64,000 bases of DNA, taken from an uncultured Candidatus Saccharibacteria bacterium (lineage in GTDB: Bacteria; Patescibacteriota; Saccharimonadia; Saccharimonadales; UBA4665). This document shows positions 17,961-27,593 of this stretch, piece after piece (position 1 is the stretch's first letter; each line of letters opens with the position of its first letter). The notes under the pieces are model-generated. The model ran no database searches. It was not told where the DNA came from and saw only the letters and a program-made list of their open reading frames with translations. The stretch spans positions 9,894 through 73,893 of the forward strand of contig CAZKNP010000002.1 of the NCBI GenBank assembly GCA_964554245.1. The letters run 5' to 3'. A program made the position numbers and the translations under genes.

Positions 17961-18344
17961 ATGATTTCATATACATTCAGTGCTGATGGATTTGAAAAGA
18001 CTGATAAGCTCCAGAAATATGTTGAGCGAAAAGTTCGAGACATTGAAAAATATATTCCACGTCGGGCGCGCGAATCGGCTGAGATGACCGTCAGGATTGT
18101 GCGTAACACAAAGTCTAAAACGGAAGCTTATGAGTGTTCTGTTAGTATAGTTTTGCCAGAGGAAAAGCTAATGGCCACCGAGAAAGTTGAGCATTCGTAT
18201 GCTGCTCTCGATGTTGCTATGGCTGAACTTAGGCGTCAGATTCGAGAATACAAAACCAAGCACGGTAAACAGCGCCAGCAGCGTAAGTCGGTGGCTTTTT
18301 GGCGCCGACAACGCGATCAGGCTCCTACCGATTCCGAGATCTAG
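17961..18344 (+). CDS. hpf: Ribosome hibernation factor (HPF/RaiA family)
   Basis: S30AE-family N-terminus (KTDKLQKYVERKV...KY), position upstream of secA as in many monoderms, AAAGGGGGA SD. Confidence 0.82.
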   Translation: MISYTFSADGFEKTDKLQKYVERKVRDIEKYIPRRARESAEMTVRIVRNTKSKTEAYECSVSIVLPEEKLMATEKVEHSYAALDVAMAELRRQIREYKTKHGKQRQQRKSVAFWRRQRDQAPTDSEI

Positions 18345-18470
18345 TACTTGCTTGAGAGTTTGACCCGCAAAATCTGTTGTTAACTAGTCATATTAGCGTT
18401 GGTTTTTAGCGTAAAACAGAGTACAATACCTTCCATCTGACCGAATGACAATAACGGAGGGAGAGTTTGC

Positions 18471-21074
18471 ATGCGGAAAGCAGTGAAGCGGTTGCTGGGC
18501 GACCCACAGGTCAAGACTATAAAACGACTAGAAAAAAGAGTTAAAGTTATTAACGCTTTAGCTCCGAAATACGAAAAGATGACTGAGAGTACGCTTAAGG
18601 CTCAGCCAGATGTTTTGCGTAAACGACTCAAAAAAGAATCGCTCGATGCCATTTTGCCGGATGCTTTTGCGATGGTTAGGGAAGCTGCAACCAGGACTCT
18701 TGGGCAGCGACACTTCGATGTTCAGATGATTGGTGGCATGGTTCTTCACGAAGGCAATGTTGCGGAAATGAAGACCGGTGAAGGTAAGACTTTGGTGGCT
18801 ACACTGCCGGTATCTTTGAACGCATTGACTGGCAAGGGTGTGCACGTTGTGACGGTTAACGATTATCTAGCGCAGCGTGATGCTGGCTGGATGGGTCAAG
18901 TCTATAGCTACCTTGGATTATCGGTGGCGGTTATTATGGCTGATCACTCTTATCTTTACGACGCATCTTTCACGAACGAAGAACATGATGATCCTCGCTT
19001 CCAGCACCTCAAGCCGTGCAGTCGTCAGGATGCATATGCTGCTGACATTACTTACGGCACAAACAATGAGTTCGGTTTCGACTACCTACGCGACAACATG
19101 GTGCGCGAAACTGAGCAGCTTCGCCAGCGCGAGCTTAACTTTGCCATTGTGGACGAGGTTGACTCAATCTTGATCGACGAAGCTAGAACTCCACTTATTA
19201 TTAGTGCGCCAAGTGTTACGCCAGGTAATGCTTACCAGCAATTCTCGAGGACCGTTAGGCAGCTAAAGCCATCTCACTACGAGGTTGACGAAAAGCGCAA
19301 GACGGTTGTTTTGAATGACAAGGGCGTCGATAAGCTTGAGAAAATCCTTGGCATCGACAATCTTTACGGTAGTGAGCATATCCGTACTATTTATCACCTT
19401 GAACAGGCGCTCCGTGCACAGACTCTTTTCCACCGAGATAAAGATTATGTCGTAACAAATGACGGCGAAATCGTCATCGTTGACGAATTTACAGGACGAT
19501 TGTTGGCTGGTCGACGCTACAACGAAGGTTTGCACCAGGCGATCGAGGCCAAGGAAGGTGTTGAGGTGCAGCAGGAGAGTATGACTCTTGCGACTATCTC
19601 CTTCCAGAACTACTTTAGGCTTTACGACAAGCTTGCTGGTATGACCGGTACGGCCATGACCGAGAGTGAAGAGTTCCACCAGATTTACAAGCTTGATGTG
19701 GTGGAGATTCCATCAAACCGTAAGATTGCTCGTGATGACCGACCAGACCGAATCTACAAGTCTGAAAAGGCTAAATTTAAGGCGATTGCCCGCGAGGTGC
19801 GTCACTTGCACGAGAAAGGTCAGCCAGTATTGATCGGTACGGCTAGTATCGAGAAGAACGAAAAGTTATCGAACCTGCTAGATAAAGAAGGTATTCCGCA
19901 TAACGTCCTGAATGCCAAGAATAACGAGCGAGAAGCGAAGATTGTTGCCCAGGCTGGACAGAAACATGCGGTTACGTTGGCGACCAACATTGCTGGTCGT
20001 GGTACCGACATCGTGCTTGGCGATGACGTAAAAGAGCTCGGCGGTTTGTTTGTGATTGGATCCGAGAGACACGAATCACGTCGTATTGATAACCAGCTTC
20101 GTGGCCGATCCGGTCGTCAGGGTGACCCTGGTGTTACGCAGTTCTACGTTAGCGTTGAAGACGACCTGATGCGCATCTTTGGCGGCGACCGCATCGGCGC
20201 CATTATGGATCGACTCAAGGTCGAGGAAGATGTGCCAATTGAAAACAGGATGATCACCAAGGGTCTTGAAAACGCCCAGAAGAAGGTAGAGGGTTTCCAC
20301 TTCGATCAGCGAAAAAACGTGGTTCAGTACGACGATGTCATGAACCGCCACCGCAAGGCAACCTATGCCATGAGGCGCGAGATTTTGCGGGCGGATGACA
20401 TTAGTAAGCGAGTCAAGGCATACATTAATGAGGAAATTGGTCTACTAGCCGATTCTCCACTCAAGACAACTGAAGATTTTGAGCGAACCATCAAGCAGGT
20501 TATGCCTCTAGACGAGGACGCCATGGACCGAGTTTTCTCGACAACCGCCGACAAAGTCAAGCCAGTGCTCCTAGAAGAAGCTAACGAACTTTATAAGGGT
20601 AGGGAAGTCGCATTTGGTGAGGATATTCTTCGCAAGGTTGAACGTGATGTTTATCTGCAAATCCTTGATAACTTATGGATGCAGCACCTTGAAAACATGG
20701 ATCACCTAAGGGAAGGAATCGGCTGGATTAGCGTTGGTCAGCGCGATCCTTTGGTTGAGTACCGAAGGCGTGGCCAGATAATTTTCGAGCAAATGCAGCA
20801 CGATCTTAGGCATGAAGTTGTCAGGTCTTTGTTCCATGCTGAGCCAATTGATGCTTCAGACATCGACGAGCCGGTTGAAACAGAGCTAACTTTGGCGGCG
20901 CGTCAGTCAATCGATAACGCTAGCCAAATCACTGAGGGTGAAGCTGAATATAGCGAATCAGACTTTGGTGCTCTCGGCAAGAAGGCCACCAAGGCAACTT
21001 CGAACTCTAAAAAACGAGCTAAGGCTAACAAAGCAGAGCGTCAGCGAAAGGCAAAAGCTCGCAAGCGCAAATAG
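18471..21074 (+). CDS. secA: Preprotein translocase ATPase SecA
   Basis: MKTGEGKTLVATLP Walker A, DEVDSILIDEARTPLIIS DEAD motif, TNIAGRGTDI, basic C-terminal tail. Confidence 0.97.
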   Translation: MRKAVKRLLGDPQVKTIKRLEKRVKVINALAPKYEKMTESTLKAQPDVLRKRLKKESLDAILPDAFAMVREAATRTLGQRHFDVQMIGGMVLHEGNVAEMKTGEGKTLVATLPVSLNALTGKGVHVVTVNDYLAQRDAGWMGQVYSYLGLSVAVIMADHSYLYDASFTNEEHDDPRFQHLKPCSRQDAYAADITYGTNNEFGFDYLRDNMVRETEQLRQRELNFAIVDEVDSILIDEARTPLIISAPSVTPGNAYQQFSRTVRQLKPSHYEVDEKRKTVVLNDKGVDKLEKILGIDNLYGSEHIRTIYHLEQALRAQTLFHRDKDYVVTNDGEIVIVDEFTGRLLAGRRYNEGLHQAIEAKEGVEVQQESMTLATISFQNYFRLYDKLAGMTGTAMTESEEFHQIYKLDVVEIPSNRKIARDDRPDRIYKSEKAKFKAIAREVRHLHEKGQPVLIGTASIEKNEKLSNLLDKEGIPHNVLNAKNNEREAKIVAQAGQKHAVTLATNIAGRGTDIVLGDDVKELGGLFVIGSERHESRRIDNQLRGRSGRQGDPGVTQFYVSVEDDLMRIFGGDRIGAIMDRLKVEEDVPIENRMITKGLENAQKKVEGFHFDQRKNVVQYDDVMNRHRKATYAMRREILRADDISKRVKAYINEEIGLLADSPLKTTEDFERTIKQVMPLDEDAMDRVFSTTADKVKPVLLEEANELYKGREVAFGEDILRKVERDVYLQILDNLWMQHLENMDHLREGIGWISVGQRDPLVEYRRRGQIIFEQMQHDLRHEVVRSLFHAEPIDASDIDEPVETELTLAARQSIDNASQITEGEAEYSESDFGALGKKATKATSNSKKRAKANKAERQRKAKARKRK

Positions 21075-21092
21075 CCGAGTTTAAGATTCATT

Positions 21093-22388
21093 ATGAAGCA
21101 TTTTGTTGAAGAAGTGTCGCTCCAGAACGGTATTAAGGGATTGTTGATTCACATTCCTGACGCTACTGTCATTGATATGTTCGTTAATTTCAGGGCGGGC
21201 GAGTATTTGGTTTCGCGCAAAAAATGGGAAACACCGCACTTGATGGAACATATTTTGCTTGGGGCTAACGACAAATATCCTCGGGCCCGCGATTTTCAGG
21301 CCGAGGTTGAAAAAAACGGCGCTTACAGCAATGCTTCGACCGATGTTTACGATATTGTTTACGAGGCAGAATGTGCTGATTTTGAGTGGGAGAGGGTACT
21401 TGGCTTGTTGTTTACGGCTATTGAATATCCGCTCTTTCTGCAAGAAGAATTCGACGCCGAAGCTGGTAACGTCCGCGAAGAGCTGGCTGCTCGCTCCAAT
21501 AATCATTTCAGACAACTTGGCGCAGCGACCAGAAAAGCTTATGGATTAGTAGCTGAGAGTGACAAGAAACGCCTTGAGTTAATGGATAACGTGACTTTGG
21601 ACGATGTGCGCGAGCATTACCGCCAAACTCACACCACCGATAATATGCGTTTTGTAATCGCTGGGAACATATCTAAGCAGCGCCGAGCTACTATTTTATC
21701 GATGCTAGAGAACTTCTCCTTACCGAGAGGTGAGCGGTTTATTATGCCCGACGAGGCGGTTAAAACCCTTTCCAAACCGGTTTGCATTGCTAATCCAACC
21801 GTTGATACACTTTACTTCTATATCGATACTTTCGTGCAGCGTCGTCTTGAAGAAGGAGAGCTAGATGCGCTATCGATCATGAATGCAATTTTGACCGAAA
21901 CGCTCTACTCGAAGATTTTGGGTACGGCAAGGGAACGTGGCTTGGTCTACGGCATGAGCTCTGGTTTCCAGCAGACAAAACTCAGCAGCAACCTCTGGTT
22001 CGGTAGTCAGGTATCAGTGGCGAACGCCGCGCAGCTATTCGAGATTATCGTTGAGCAACTTGGTAATATTTTTCGCGGCGAACTGGCCGAAGCGGATATC
22101 GCGGCAGCTCAAGCTTACGCCATTGGCCGCTATCAGCGTGGCGCCCAAACAGTTTCTAGTACTGCCAACGGCTATACTGCTCGTTATTTCTTCGATGAAT
22201 TTGTCGATGACTACTATAAGATTCCTGAAAGAATCCAGGCCGTAACTAAGCAGTCTATTGTTGATGCGTCCCGTGCCATGTTTGCCGATGGCGTTGGCGG
22301 TCTTGGTGTTTATGGTAGCGCAACACCGTCGCTTGCTACTAAGCTGAACGATCAGATTTCACCGCTTTGGCAGCGAAAGGAGTGGTAA
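21093..22388 (+). CDS. M16 (pitrilysin/insulinase) family peptidase
   Basis: Inverted zinc motif HLMEH (HxxEH) near the N-terminus; ~430 aa two-lobe size. Confidence 0.78.
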   Translation: MKHFVEEVSLQNGIKGLLIHIPDATVIDMFVNFRAGEYLVSRKKWETPHLMEHILLGANDKYPRARDFQAEVEKNGAYSNASTDVYDIVYEAECADFEWERVLGLLFTAIEYPLFLQEEFDAEAGNVREELAARSNNHFRQLGAATRKAYGLVAESDKKRLELMDNVTLDDVREHYRQTHTTDNMRFVIAGNISKQRRATILSMLENFSLPRGERFIMPDEAVKTLSKPVCIANPTVDTLYFYIDTFVQRRLEEGELDALSIMNAILTETLYSKILGTARERGLVYGMSSGFQQTKLSSNLWFGSQVSVANAAQLFEIIVEQLGNIFRGELAEADIAAAQAYAIGRYQRGAQTVSSTANGYTARYFFDEFVDDYYKIPERIQAVTKQSIVDASRAMFADGVGGLGVYGSATPSLATKLNDQISPLWQRKEW

Positions 22389-23486
22389 ATGGACGACCTC
22401 ATAAAGCGAGGCGCCCAGCTGTATACTGAGCTTAACGATGCGTTAGAACGGATCGGGTACGATAAATTATCGGAATCTTTATCATCTCTTAAAGACCAAA
22501 TGATGGCGCCTGATTTTTGGTCCGATGCCGAAAGTGCTCAGACTGTATCAAAGCAACACGCCTCTTTGCAGCGTCGCCTAGAGCCGTGGCAGTCGCTGCA
22601 CTCTGAACTATCAGATGTCCAGGAGCTGGCTCAGTTAGGTGACGAGTCTTTGTTAGTTGATCTTGAGGTCCAACTGGCGATCTTGGAGTCAAAATTCGAG
22701 AGCCTTAAGGAAGAGTTAAAGTTTTCTGGACCATACGATGAGAGTGATGTTGTTCTGAGTATTCACGCCGGAGCGGGCGGTACTGATGCCCAGGATTGGA
22801 CACAAATGTTATTCAGAATGTACAGCCGTTGGGCTGAACAGAACGACTATGAACTAGTGCTAGTTGATCAGTCTAACGGGGAAGAGGCTGGTATAAAAAG
22901 CGTTACTATCCTGGTTTCCGGACAGTTTGCTTACGGAAAGCTCAAGGGCGAGAATGGCGTGCATCGACTCGTCCGACTGAGCCCGTTCAATAGTGATAAT
23001 CTGCGCCAGACTAGCTTTGCTAAAGTCGAAGTTTTGCCAAAAATTGATCAACCGGAACAGGTGGAGATAGATGACTCAGACCTTAAGGTAGATGTCTACC
23101 GAGCTGGTGGCCATGGCGGCCAGAGCGTTAATACGACGGATTCGGCTGTTCGGGTTACTCATTTGCCGACCGGTATCGTGGTTGCTATCCAGAACGAGCG
23201 AAGTCAGTTGCAAAACCGTGAAACAGCTATGACAATTTTGCGTTCCAGGCTAGCTCAGTTGCAGATTGAGCAGCACGCCGAAAGAATTAGCGAGCTTAAG
23301 GGCCCGAACGAGCAGGCGGCATGGGGTAACCAAATCCGCAGCTACGTATTGCATCCATACAAGCAGGTTAAGGATTTGCGTACTCGTCACGAATCATCTG
23401 ATCCATCGGCGGTGCTAGATGGCGATATTGAGCCATTTATAACGGCATATTTAAACCACACTATGGGCGAAGATACTTCTGCTTAG
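22389..23486 (+). CDS. prfB: Peptide chain release factor 2, encoded without the programmed +1 frameshift
   Basis: SPF tripeptide (RLSPFNS) and GGQ (GGHGGQSVN). The ORF is contiguous from M1; it reads RIGYDKL where the frameshift site would lie. Confidence 0.95.
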   Translation: MDDLIKRGAQLYTELNDALERIGYDKLSESLSSLKDQMMAPDFWSDAESAQTVSKQHASLQRRLEPWQSLHSELSDVQELAQLGDESLLVDLEVQLAILESKFESLKEELKFSGPYDESDVVLSIHAGAGGTDAQDWTQMLFRMYSRWAEQNDYELVLVDQSNGEEAGIKSVTILVSGQFAYGKLKGENGVHRLVRLSPFNSDNLRQTSFAKVEVLPKIDQPEQVEIDDSDLKVDVYRAGGHGGQSVNTTDSAVRVTHLPTGIVVAIQNERSQLQNRETAMTILRSRLAQLQIEQHAERISELKGPNEQAAWGNQIRSYVLHPYKQVKDLRTRHESSDPSAVLDGDIEPFITAYLNHTMGEDTSA

Positions 23487-23498
23487 ACTGTCTATTCC

Positions 23499-23527
23499 TT
23501 GACAAAATCTATAATTAGGTGTATGAT
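23499..23527 (+). promoter_or_regulatory. sigma70-type promoter
   Basis: TTGACA (23499-23504), 17-nt spacer, TATGAT (23522-23527). Confidence 0.6.
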
Positions 23528-23572
23528 GTAGTGCTGGTTATTTTTTTGCGTGAGATGACCGCAGGAGAGTGT

Positions 23573-24496
23573 ATGAGCAAAGAGATTAGCCTAACTGAAG
23601 CAGAGCCAAATAAGTCCATTAATAATGGGCCGGGGCAGCATATTGAGCCTACGACAGCTTTCGGTTGGATTGTCTATGGTGATAATCTAGCCGTTCATCG
23701 TTTGGGATATGGCGGCGTATTGTTTGTTGATGAGTCATCGGACGACTATCTTAAAAAATCTCTCCAAAGGGCCATAGAGCTTAATGAAAAAACCTCTAGA
23801 TACGAAACGCCAAGAGGAGATGCCGAAGGCAGTGTAGCGACTGGGTCAATTGTTGGCCTAGCGGGCGCAGCCGCTCTGGGTGCAGGGGCATTTATTGAGT
23901 ACGACGGCGATCCGGTGCGAACACCGATTGCAACGGGGCTGGGCGGCTTGATGGGTGTAATTGGCTACTATAAACACAAAATTGGACGTGAATTTAAACT
24001 GTGGCAGCAGATAGCTCGAGAAGATCTCTTAGAGCAACATAGGCTCAAGCTTGAGGGTGGGGCTGAGATTATCCCAAATGGCCGTCTGCCAATTCACCGC
24101 TCGGTTAATCGAGATGGCCAAGTAGTAGATCCACTACGAAGATGGATTGAACAAGGGGTGTTTAATTTAGGTGACTTTACAGTTGATATGCTGACGAGTG
24201 ACAATAACCCGGTTGAACTATGGCATGGAGAGTTTGGTGAGATAATAAAAGGACTCTCGAAGGACTCTTCATATAAGGGTTTATCATCTAGACAAACGCT
24301 TGAGTCGCTACTGCGTGCTGTTGAGGAGCGAAACCTGCTCCCAGACTATAGGCAGGCACTGCTGCAGGCTAGCCAGGCAGCACTTGAGCAAGAGCTTCAG
24401 TTGAACGACCCAAAAACAAGCGCTGAAATTAGAAAATCCATTGCTAGACTAAAAGATTCGGTTAATAAAGATTCCGAGCCTGACATGCAGACTTAA
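23573..24496 (+). CDS. Hypothetical membrane protein (2 predicted TM)
   Basis: ORF with AGGAG SD 7 nt before ATG 23573. Gly/Ala-rich hydrophobic pair GSIVGLAGAAALGAGAF / IATGLGGLMGVIGYY. No recognisable family. Confidence 0.55.
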   Translation: MSKEISLTEAEPNKSINNGPGQHIEPTTAFGWIVYGDNLAVHRLGYGGVLFVDESSDDYLKKSLQRAIELNEKTSRYETPRGDAEGSVATGSIVGLAGAAALGAGAFIEYDGDPVRTPIATGLGGLMGVIGYYKHKIGREFKLWQQIAREDLLEQHRLKLEGGAEIIPNGRLPIHRSVNRDGQVVDPLRRWIEQGVFNLGDFTVDMLTSDNNPVELWHGEFGEIIKGLSKDSSYKGLSSRQTLESLLRAVEERNLLPDYRQALLQASQAALEQELQLNDPKTSAEIRKSIARLKDSVNKDSEPDMQT

Positions 24497-24538
24497 GGCA
24501 CTGTAAATAGTTTTGGTTTTAGATAGAGTCGATAAGCC

Positions 24539-24547
24539 TGTTATAAT
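24539..24547 (+). promoter_or_regulatory. Extended -10 promoter; ftsE is predicted to be leaderless
   Basis: TGtTATAAT, then 7 nt, then ATG 24555. No SD. Confidence 0.5.
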
Positions 24548-24554
24548 GGTGCTT

Positions 24555-25292
24555 ATGATTCTTTTGGACAGGGTAACAAAGAAGTATGGTAAGCGCCTGG
24601 ATCCGGCTTTGGACCGGATTAGTCTACATATCCAACCAAAAGAATTCGTGATTGTGGTTGGTCAAAGTGGCGCCGGCAAATCAACTTTGCTTAAGCTTTT
24701 AACGCGTGAAGAGCGACCAACTAGCGGTAAGATTATTGTCGGTGGTATTGATTATGACAAGCTGGCTGATCGCAATATTCCATTGCTGCGCCGCAAGATT
24801 GGTACAGTTTTCCAGGATTTTAAGCTACTGCCAAACAAAACTGTTTATGAAAATGTGGCCTTTGCGCTTGAGATCGTCGGTGTCAGTACTAAAGAAATCC
24901 GCAACACTGTTCCTAAGGTGCTAGATATCGTTAACTTGAAGAATAAGGCTGACCGTATGCCGCGCGAGTTGTCGGGTGGTGAGAGGCAGCGAGTGGCGAT
25001 TGCGCGGGCGATTGTACGCCAGCCAAAGATACTTATTGCCGATGAGCCAACCGGAAATCTTGACCCTAAACATGCCTGGGACGTAATTGCGGTCTTAGAA
25101 AAGATTAACCGCTACGGCACAACAGTGCTATTGACAACGCACAACCAAGAGATTGTTGCTAAATTAAAGCGCCGAGTTATTACTATCGCCAACGGTTCAG
25201 TGGCTTCCGACCGGGCAAACACGCGTGGGACAAGCGAACAGCAGCAGCCAGCTCGACCGGCGGCTCCAGCTAATGTCCAGAGGAGAGTGTAG
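24555..25292 (+). CDS. ftsE: Cell-division ABC ATPase FtsE
   Basis: MILLDRVTKKYG start typical of FtsE, Walker A GQSGAGKST, LSGGERQR, ILIADEPTGNLDP. Followed by ftsX. Confidence 0.9.
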   Translation: MILLDRVTKKYGKRLDPALDRISLHIQPKEFVIVVGQSGAGKSTLLKLLTREERPTSGKIIVGGIDYDKLADRNIPLLRRKIGTVFQDFKLLPNKTVYENVAFALEIVGVSTKEIRNTVPKVLDIVNLKNKADRMPRELSGGERQRVAIARAIVRQPKILIADEPTGNLDPKHAWDVIAVLEKINRYGTTVLLTTHNQEIVAKLKRRVITIANGSVASDRANTRGTSEQQQPARPAAPANVQRRV

Positions 25293-26239
25293 TGGGTACG
25301 AGAATTACAACCTTCGGTCGCATTATTCGTACCGGTATGACTAACTTTGTGCGCAACGCCTGGCTGGCGATGGCGGCTATGGCAATCATGGTAATTACAC
25401 TAACCATTATCCTGTTCTCGATCATCGCTAATGCAACCTTTTCTAATACTGTTCAGCAGATCGAGGACAAGATTAATATATCGATTTACTTAAAGGACTC
25501 AACAACAGAGGAGCAGAAAGACAAATTTTTGGATGGCCTCAAAAAACTTGAGAACGTTGAAAGCGTAACCTATCTCAGTAAAACCGATGCCCTCAAGGCC
25601 TACATGGAGCAAAACCAGGGCAATGAACAGCTTCTGAGCGCTATTAATGAAACCGATAACCCACTGCCGGCCACAGTCCAGGTTAAGCCGAAAGACCTGA
25701 AGCAGATTGGGCAGATTAGGGAGTTTGTTGAGAGAGCAGAAAATAAAGCTATTCAGTCTGACCCGATGTCCGATAGCGGTGACAGACGTGAAGCTATCGA
25801 CAACATCACCGAGGCAACCCATATCTTGGGTAGGGTAGGGATTGTGGCGGTAGGCTTGTTTGCGCTTATTTCGGTGCTGATCATCTTCAATACTATTCGT
25901 ATGACCATCTTTAATCGTCGAGACGAGCTGCAGATTATGCGGCTGCTTGGTGCAAACACCAGCTTTATTCGCGGTCCGTTCGTGGTTGAGACTGTTATAT
26001 ACGGAATACTGTCGGCCGTGGCATCAATTTTGATTATTAATGCACTGTTTGTGACGGCTTCTGCCTCATTGCAGGCGACCAGTTTCGGTTTGTTGGACAT
26101 CAGCTATAGCCAAGATTATTTTGGTAAACACTATTGGAGCTTATTTGCATTACAGCTTACGCTTGGTATACTAATTGGGGCCGTCTCTTCCATTATTGCC
26201 ACTAGACGGTATCTCAAATTTAAAACCTCTAAAAAGTAA
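25292..26239 (+). CDS. ftsX: Cell-division permease-like protein FtsX
   Basis: TM1, ~130-aa extracellular loop, 3 C-terminal TMs. 1-nt overlap with ftsE. Confidence 0.88.
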   Translation: MGTRITTFGRIIRTGMTNFVRNAWLAMAAMAIMVITLTIILFSIIANATFSNTVQQIEDKINISIYLKDSTTEEQKDKFLDGLKKLENVESVTYLSKTDALKAYMEQNQGNEQLLSAINETDNPLPATVQVKPKDLKQIGQIREFVERAENKAIQSDPMSDSGDRREAIDNITEATHILGRVGIVAVGLFALISVLIIFNTIRMTIFNRRDELQIMRLLGANTSFIRGPFVVETVIYGILSAVASILIINALFVTASASLQATSFGLLDISYSQDYFGKHYWSLFALQLTLGILIGAVSSIIATRRYLKFKTSKK

Positions 26240-26344
26240 ACTAAGAAAAACTTGATAAGCCAAAACCACCTTGAGATGTCAGATGGGCTGGTTTTTTGCG
26301 CGCAAATTGGGTGAATATTTAACCCAAAAATAATAGGAGGGGAC

Positions 26345-27568
26345 TTGAGTATTTTGCATAAGCGTGATAGTATTAGATTGGTACAAACTAACCATAAAAT
26401 AAAAACTATGACAAAAATGCAAAAAATACTACATTTAATGCACCGCCGGCCTCGCACCCGGGCATTTATTTTTGGCGTTGTTTTGGTGCTGACCGCCAGT
26501 TTCGTGTTACCGGTCTTCAATGACCGCATTTCGGCTAATAGCTGTACTTCCATTAGCGACTGCCAAGAAAAGATCGCCAATAGCACAACCGCATTGGCAA
26601 GCTTGCGTGAAACAGCTTTGAGTTATCAAGATGCAATCAACCAGTTGAGTGCGCAGATTAGTATGCTGCAAGGTTCAATCGATACAAATGTTGCTGAACA
26701 AAACCGCCTTCAGGGTGAAATTGATAAAGCTCAGGCCGAAATCGATCGTCAGCGAAACATCTTAGCCGAAGGTGTTAAGGCAATGTATGTTGACGGCACT
26801 CCATCTACTCTAGAGATGGTCGTGACCAGCAAAAACCTGAATGAATATGTCGATAAGGCCGAATATCGTACGGCCGTTCAGCGCAAGCTCCAGGAAACAA
26901 TGAAGAAAATCGGTGAGTTACAGAAGCAATTGTCTGTACAGAAAGCACAAGTCTCTGATCTATTGAAGCAGCAGCAAGAGCAACAAAATCAGCTTGTAGC
27001 AGCTCGAGCCGAACAGAATGAGATGCTAGCCTACAACAAGAGTCAGCAGGACTCATTTAGTGCTGACGTTGCCGCAAATCGTTCCAAGCTTAACGCCTTG
27101 ATCGAAGAGCAGCGACGAGCTAACACTACGACGATTTCCCGTGGTGGTCTTGTCTTCGTTCGTGTACCAGGTCAGGTTAATATGACCAATGTTAATGTCG
27201 ATGATTATCCATACAAATACGACGGCTTTAGTATGCAGCTAGGGCCTTGCTCTGACTACGACTCATATCCGGACCGACCAGATCGCTGGGGTTATTGCAC
27301 GAGACAGTGTGTGTCTTATGTGGCTTGGGCGGTTGAGCGCTCCGGTCGAACGGCTCCAAAATATTGGGGTAATGCCAAGGACTGGGTCAACCATGCTCCG
27401 GGTAGTTGGATTCACTCGACACCAAAGCCAGGCGATATTGCGGTATCAACTAGCGGAACATGGGGTCACGTGATGTATGTCGAGGCGGTTGAAGGCGATC
27501 GAATGCTTATTTCTCAGTACAACGCTGGTCTACGCGGCGAGTATTCGACGGCTTGGATTAAGTACTAA
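26345..27568 (+). CDS. Secreted coiled-coil + CHAP-domain peptidoglycan hydrolase (PcsB-like architecture)
   Basis: N-terminal TM/signal, ~200-aa Q/E/L-rich coiled coil, C-terminal CHAP (catalytic Cys in CTRQCVSYVAWAV, His in GHVMYVEAV). AGGAGG SD before TTG 26345. Confidence 0.8.
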   Translation: MSILHKRDSIRLVQTNHKIKTMTKMQKILHLMHRRPRTRAFIFGVVLVLTASFVLPVFNDRISANSCTSISDCQEKIANSTTALASLRETALSYQDAINQLSAQISMLQGSIDTNVAEQNRLQGEIDKAQAEIDRQRNILAEGVKAMYVDGTPSTLEMVVTSKNLNEYVDKAEYRTAVQRKLQETMKKIGELQKQLSVQKAQVSDLLKQQQEQQNQLVAARAEQNEMLAYNKSQQDSFSADVAANRSKLNALIEEQRRANTTTISRGGLVFVRVPGQVNMTNVNVDDYPYKYDGFSMQLGPCSDYDSYPDRPDRWGYCTRQCVSYVAWAVERSGRTAPKYWGNAKDWVNHAPGSWIHSTPKPGDIAVSTSGTWGHVMYVEAVEGDRMLISQYNAGLRGEYSTAWIKY

Positions 27569-27583
27569 ACCAGCTTAAGAATA

Positions 27584-27592
27584 TGCTACTAT
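27584..27592 (+). promoter_or_regulatory. Extended -10 promoter; ctpA is predicted to be leaderless from ATG 27600
   Basis: TGcTACTAT, then 7 nt, then ATG 27600. The track start ATG 27594 lies inside the -10 region. Confidence 0.45.
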
Positions 27593-27593
27593 A

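Noticed and set aside
22389-23486. Programmed +1 frameshift in prfB.
   Set aside because: The ORF is contiguous from M1. The sequence reads cgg atc ggg tac gat aaa (RIGYDK), with no CTT TGA shift site, so this RF2 is encoded without the autoregulatory frameshift. That is known for a minority of bacteria.
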